Positions 60,771 through 64,000 of a stretch of 64,000 nucleotides of DNA are shown piece after piece. The translations under genes were made by a program, and so were the position numbers. The stretch is from the NCBI GenBank assembly GCA_053919585.1, contig CM132787.1; one strand, 5' to 3'. The DNA comes from Euprymna scolopes (taxonomy: Eukaryota). The notes beneath the pieces are model-generated. The model was not told the origin of the DNA and did not search any database. It worked only from the letters and a program-made list of their open reading frames with translations. How positions within the stretch are numbered: position 1 is the stretch's first letter; each line of letters opens with the position of its first letter.

Positions 60771-61070
60771 AAAAAATATAAAGGCAGTAGTGTGAGCAAC
60801 TGCAATCCGGAAGTACATATACCGTAAGCTAGGATCCTCTCTGGAGATGTCCTTAACACATGGAAAGTTATCTTTAATGTAGATACATATTCACTGCCCA
60901 TGGCGATTTTGGGGATCAAATTTGGAAGTTAAGTTTGAGTATCCTTTAATTACGAACTGATCTAGCGAAATCGTCTGTCCAATGCCAGTTTTGCTAAGGA
61001 ATAATAGGTACGGTTTAGTCTCCTTTGGAAGGGTAGAACGTCGACACCTGATGTTGAGAAGGAGACATGG
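60771..61070 (-). mobile_element. Decayed non-LTR retrotransposon (LINE, probably CR1/L2-like) fragment: N-terminal part of the apurinic-type (EEP) endonuclease, truncated by the satellite
   Basis: Manual minus-strand translation from 61070: PCLLLNIRCRRSTLPKETKPYLLFLSKTGIGQTISLDQFVIKGYSNLTSKFDPQNRHGQ*ICIYIKDNFPCVKDISREDPSLRYMYFRIAVAHTTAFIFF. It matches the order and spacing of LINE endonuclease motifs NIRGLRSN / PDxLxLxET / IxGY / GxxxYxK / FxxYR. In-frame TGA at 60891-60893; conserved D and E appear as Y and K. Confidence 0.82.
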
Positions 61071-61142
61071 TAGTGGGTGTCTTCGTTGGAAGTTGAAGAT
61101 CAGGGTTTAATCGTGTAATATGATTAGATCGAAAAACAACGC

Positions 61143-61165
61143 ATTGTATTGTAATGTATTGTAAT
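61143..61165. repeat. Short degenerate pentamer repeat (TGTAT/TGTAA)n
   Basis: ATTGTATTGTAATGTATTGTAAT read directly. Confidence 0.6.
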
Positions 61166-61190
61166 ATGAGGAGGAAATGTTACAGAGAAC

Positions 61191-61270
61191 TTTATTAAAT
61201 CATCAACACATAAGTACGAAAGTAAGAGACAAATGACCCCATGACGTTTCGAAGTTAACTGCTTCTGAGA
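61191..61270 (-). mobile_element. Possible Penelope-like pseudo-LTR relic (3' half of a minimal hammerhead motif plus AATAAA)
   Basis: Minus strand reads GAAG-CAGTTAA-CTTC-GAAACGTC (61265 to 61243), followed ~45 nt later by AATAAA (61196-61191). The CTGANGA core is not intact. Confidence 0.3.
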
Positions 61271-61535
61271 AAGGAGAAACACCAGCATTATAACACTTTA
61301 TACGAAGAAAAAGTTAAAAACGGCTTGTAGAACACTTAGAAATGAAATAAAAATAAAAATAGGTGAATTAGTAGGGACTATTAAAGCTGATGTGACAAGG
61401 AACAAGGAGTATAAGAACGAAGAAATCAAGAGGAAGAGATGAAAGAGGGAGTAAAAACAAGGTACATAATTAAACAGGTAGAGAAAGAAGGAAAGTTTAA
61501 GCAGTAAAAGATAGAAACATTTTAAACAGTGACAT

Positions 61536-61625
61536 TGTCTGTGTGTGTTGGTGGGTCTCTGTGTGTATATTTCCCTGCCAAACTACTCTGTCAATTTTCA
61601 GTCTACAGACTCGAGATTTGACATA
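61536..61625 (+). mobile_element. Possible non-autonomous Helitron/Helentron-like (HINE/DINE-type) 5' region
   Basis: Degenerate GTCT/GTGT tract followed by ...AAACTACTCTGTCAATTTTCAGTCTACAGACTCGAGATTTGACA. Resemblance is from recall only; no termini defined. Confidence 0.25.
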
Positions 61626-61891
61626 AAATATATTGAAATTTGAGAAAATCTTTTTAATCAGGTTTAATCCAGAAATTTCGCTGTCAAGCGGTTAAAGTTC
61701 AACGATTCGTCCTTGGAAAACTCTACCAAACTCCTCCGCTTGGACATGGATCAAACGTTTTAATTATATTTGAGCCAAAAAAATAAATAAATAAATGTTA
61801 AGGGATAAAAATTGAGGATATTGTTTTTTTTTATTTAACCTATCAGGCAATTTTTAGTCTAAATATTTGAAATTTTAAATGTAGGTTACTT

Positions 61892-62088
61892 NNNNNNNNN
61901 NNNNNNNNNNNNNNNNNNNNNNNNNNNNNNNNNNNNNNNNNNNNNNNNNNNNNNNNNNNNNNNNNNNNNNNNNNNNNNNNNNNNNNNNNNNNNNNNNNNN
62001 NNNNNNNNNNNNNNNNNNNNNNNNNNNNNNNNNNNNNNNNNNNNNNNNNNNNNNNNNNNNNNNNNNNNNNNNNNNNNNNNNNNNNNNN
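61892..62088. other. Assembly gap (197 N)
   Basis: Run of N read directly. Confidence 0.99.
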
Positions 62089-62229
62089 ATTAGAACAATA
62101 GTCTAAAGAGCTGAGTGTATTTTAATGTAACTGAAATTACTAGTTTAATGAAAATATAGGAAATAGAAAGTGCTCGTTGTAATTTAGATATATAATAAGC
62201 TCGATAGTTAAATGTCCTCGAGCTAATAC

Positions 62230-62328
62230 AATATTAAGTAATGTGATTGATAATTTAATGAAACGGATTTTTAATTTTTAATTTAATCATAATTTGATTT
62301 TTAAATTTTAAATTATCAATCACATTAC

Positions 62329-62336
<8 letters not shown>
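62230..62336. repeat. Perfect 29-bp inverted repeat with 49-bp AT-rich spacer (MITE-like/foldback)
   Basis: AATATTAAGTAATGTGATTGATAATTTAA (62230-62258) is the exact reverse complement of TTAAATTATCAATCACATTACTTAATATT (62308-62336). Confidence 0.92.

Positions 62337-62364
<28 letters not shown>
62336..62364. repeat. (TA)n microsatellite
   Basis: Read directly. Confidence 0.97.
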
Positions 62365-62368
<4 letters not shown>

Positions 62369-62390
62369 CTGAAGATATGAGCAATACATA

Positions 62391-62415
62391 GGGGCCGAGC
62401 AAAGCTGGGCTTTAC

Positions 62416-62421
<6 letters not shown>
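62391..62421 (+). mobile_element. Helitron-like 3' terminus (GC-rich hairpin followed by CTRR)
   Basis: CCGAGC-AAA-GCTGGG (62395-62409, 5 of 6 pairs), then 8 nt, then CTAA (62418-62421) followed by T. Confidence 0.45.

Positions 62422-62489
<68 letters not shown>
62421..62489. repeat. (AT)n microsatellite with one G interruption
   Basis: Read directly; G at 62456. Confidence 0.97.
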
Positions 62490-62490
<1 letters not shown>

Positions 62491-62800
62491 TGGAAATTTC
62501 TACGTTCCAGCTTATATCATGGTTTTTGTCTAGGGGAGCGTTTAATCTACTGGAAATGATGCACCCTCAGTATTCGGAAAGACGTGCATCTAGAAGATAG
62601 CTTTTCTGTAAAACTTGAGGTCTACCGTGTGTTCTGTTTTGTGGCAGGAATAGCACCGTACGAGATTAGCAGTTGTACCAAAAATGGTGATTAGTTCTGA
62701 ACAAGGGTTTTACACTATAAATAAATCATCTGTGTGAATTTCTAAACACTTTAGCAGACCTCATATGTCGACGACGATGTGATTATTATCTTCTTATGTG

Positions 62801-62822
62801 TATATATATATATATATATATA
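62801..62822. repeat. (TA)n microsatellite
   Basis: Read directly. Confidence 0.97.
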
Positions 62823-62859
62823 ACTATTTACTATAATAATTATTATATACCTACATACA

Positions 62860-62970
62860 GTAGTGTTTCATCCTTTCGATTAACACCAGCCTATAGATTC
62901 GAACAAGGCCACAGAAGTCATCTCTGCATTCATTAGCAAGGATTTAATCCATTGGACTACCGTTAACCGC
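62860..62970 (-). mobile_element. Probable tRNA-derived SINE head with Pol III internal promoter
   Basis: Minus strand: A-box-like TAGTCCAATGG (62959-62949) and B-box GTTCGAATC (62904-62896), 44 nt apart. No full cloverleaf could be folded by eye. Confidence 0.45.
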
Positions 62971-63048
62971 GAGAAATGCTGTTGAATTTAAACATTTATT
63001 TTTAGATGCTTTTTCATGTCTATCAGAATAATCCAATGATTATATGAT

Positions 63049-63057
<9 letters not shown>

Positions 63058-63122
<65 letters not shown>
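63058..63122. repeat. (TA)n microsatellite (~32 units)
   Basis: Read directly. It is followed by AATTCCTATGTCTGTCTATTTGTTTATTT, reminiscent of a Helitron-type 5' end. Confidence 0.97.
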
Positions 63123-63125
<3 letters not shown>

Positions 63126-64000
63126 TCCTATGTCTGTCTATTTGTTTATTTATTTGTGTGTTCACATTTTGATTAATATATACGAAAGGTCCCTTACTTT
63201 ACTCTCTCATTCATTTCTATATATAGTATGATTCGTGCAAACTAGATACAATTAAGAGATCATCTCATTTGCATTTTACACCAGGAAAAATCGATTGTAT
63301 TAAATAGCGGTATCTTAGTTAATGTTTCTAGCGAGAGAATTGTTATAAGTGTTTTTTTAAATCGTTATTTAATAAATTGTAAACAATAATTATATTGATA
63401 ACATATTTTATTAAATTTATTTGGAATTATTATTCCAACATCGATGTTTTAAAAATCTTTGTTTTAGAGTTATTTGCCCCTTCGGAACACAAACAAAAAG
63501 AACTATCACCTAATAAAATGATTTGGTAATCTCAATGAATTTATAGCTTGAAAAAATAATTCCGAGTAGATAGAAAAATGTTTGCTTTTTATTTTATTTT
63601 TTTCTTAAAAACACTTACGAAAAACTGAAAAAAAAAAAAGATTTTATGTGTCTCTGTTTATTATTCTATAAATGGCTATACAGAAATCGGTAAATTTTTT
63701 ACGATGTGACCCACCTAAAAAATAAAGATCTACTTTTTTGGCCTAAAAGGTTTAAATAGCCTTTATAAATAATATGAAAGGAATTTTAAAAAGAAAGAAA
63801 ATTTACATTTTAGAGTGGGAGATCACTTTTCCATATTAATTTAACGTAAAATGAGCACCCACTTTTTGGCCACCAAGCGTTCAACCAGACATGTCACCTC
63901 TAGCATTTTTTCAAGTTTGGCGATCTAGAGGGGAACAAAACATGACAAATACAATTTATTATTTTTGTGTGTGTAGGGGGGTGTAGGAATTACATATAAA

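Noticed and set aside
60731-60919. 62-aa minus-strand ORF at the junction
   Set aside because: It is an alternative frame over the LINE endonuclease relic that runs into satellite. The meaningful frame is a different, stop-interrupted one.
61892-62088. Biological meaning for the N run
   Set aside because: Scaffolding gap; true size and adjacency of the right-hand sequence are uncertain.
62540-62785. Minus-strand peptide (CSELITIF..HTVDL..FPNT..SFP) faintly like a CR1-type ORF2 C-terminus
   Set aside because: Similarity is too weak and broken by stops and frameshifts to support without a profile search.
62885-62970. Functional tRNA gene
   Set aside because: A and B boxes are present, but acceptor and anticodon stems could not be formed; treated as SINE-like.
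63421-63438. TTGGAAT-TATT-ATTCCAA hairpin sharing TTGGAAT with the satellite
   Set aside because: A 7-bp match in very AT-rich DNA is expected by chance, and no further monomer similarity is present.

Overview
Eukaryotic, non-coding, AT-rich DNA. Bases 1 to ~60770 (about 95% of the window, open on the left) are one uninterrupted, single-orientation tandem array of a 34-bp satellite, consensus GGAATCTAGTGCTATACTCATAAAAATGAATATT (~26% GC, about 1,790 monomers by length/34). Rare monomer variants used as markers show the array is built from nested kb-scale duplications (periods ~1.66, 1.93, 2.11, 2.72, 3.6-3.7, 9.3-9.6 and 11.0 kb). They also show an in-register conversion-like patch and several indels of exactly five monomers (~170 bp). 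The array ends abruptly inside a decayed minus-strand LINE apurinic-type endonuclease reading frame (60771-61070) that the ORF track missed. The last ~3 kb holds a 197-N assembly gap, four (TA)n microsatellites, a perfect 29-bp inverted repeat and probable relics of a tRNA-derived SINE, Helitron-like and Penelope-like elements. I found no credible intact protein-coding gene, RNA gene or CRISPR array. Duplication boundaries were read by eye and are approximate.
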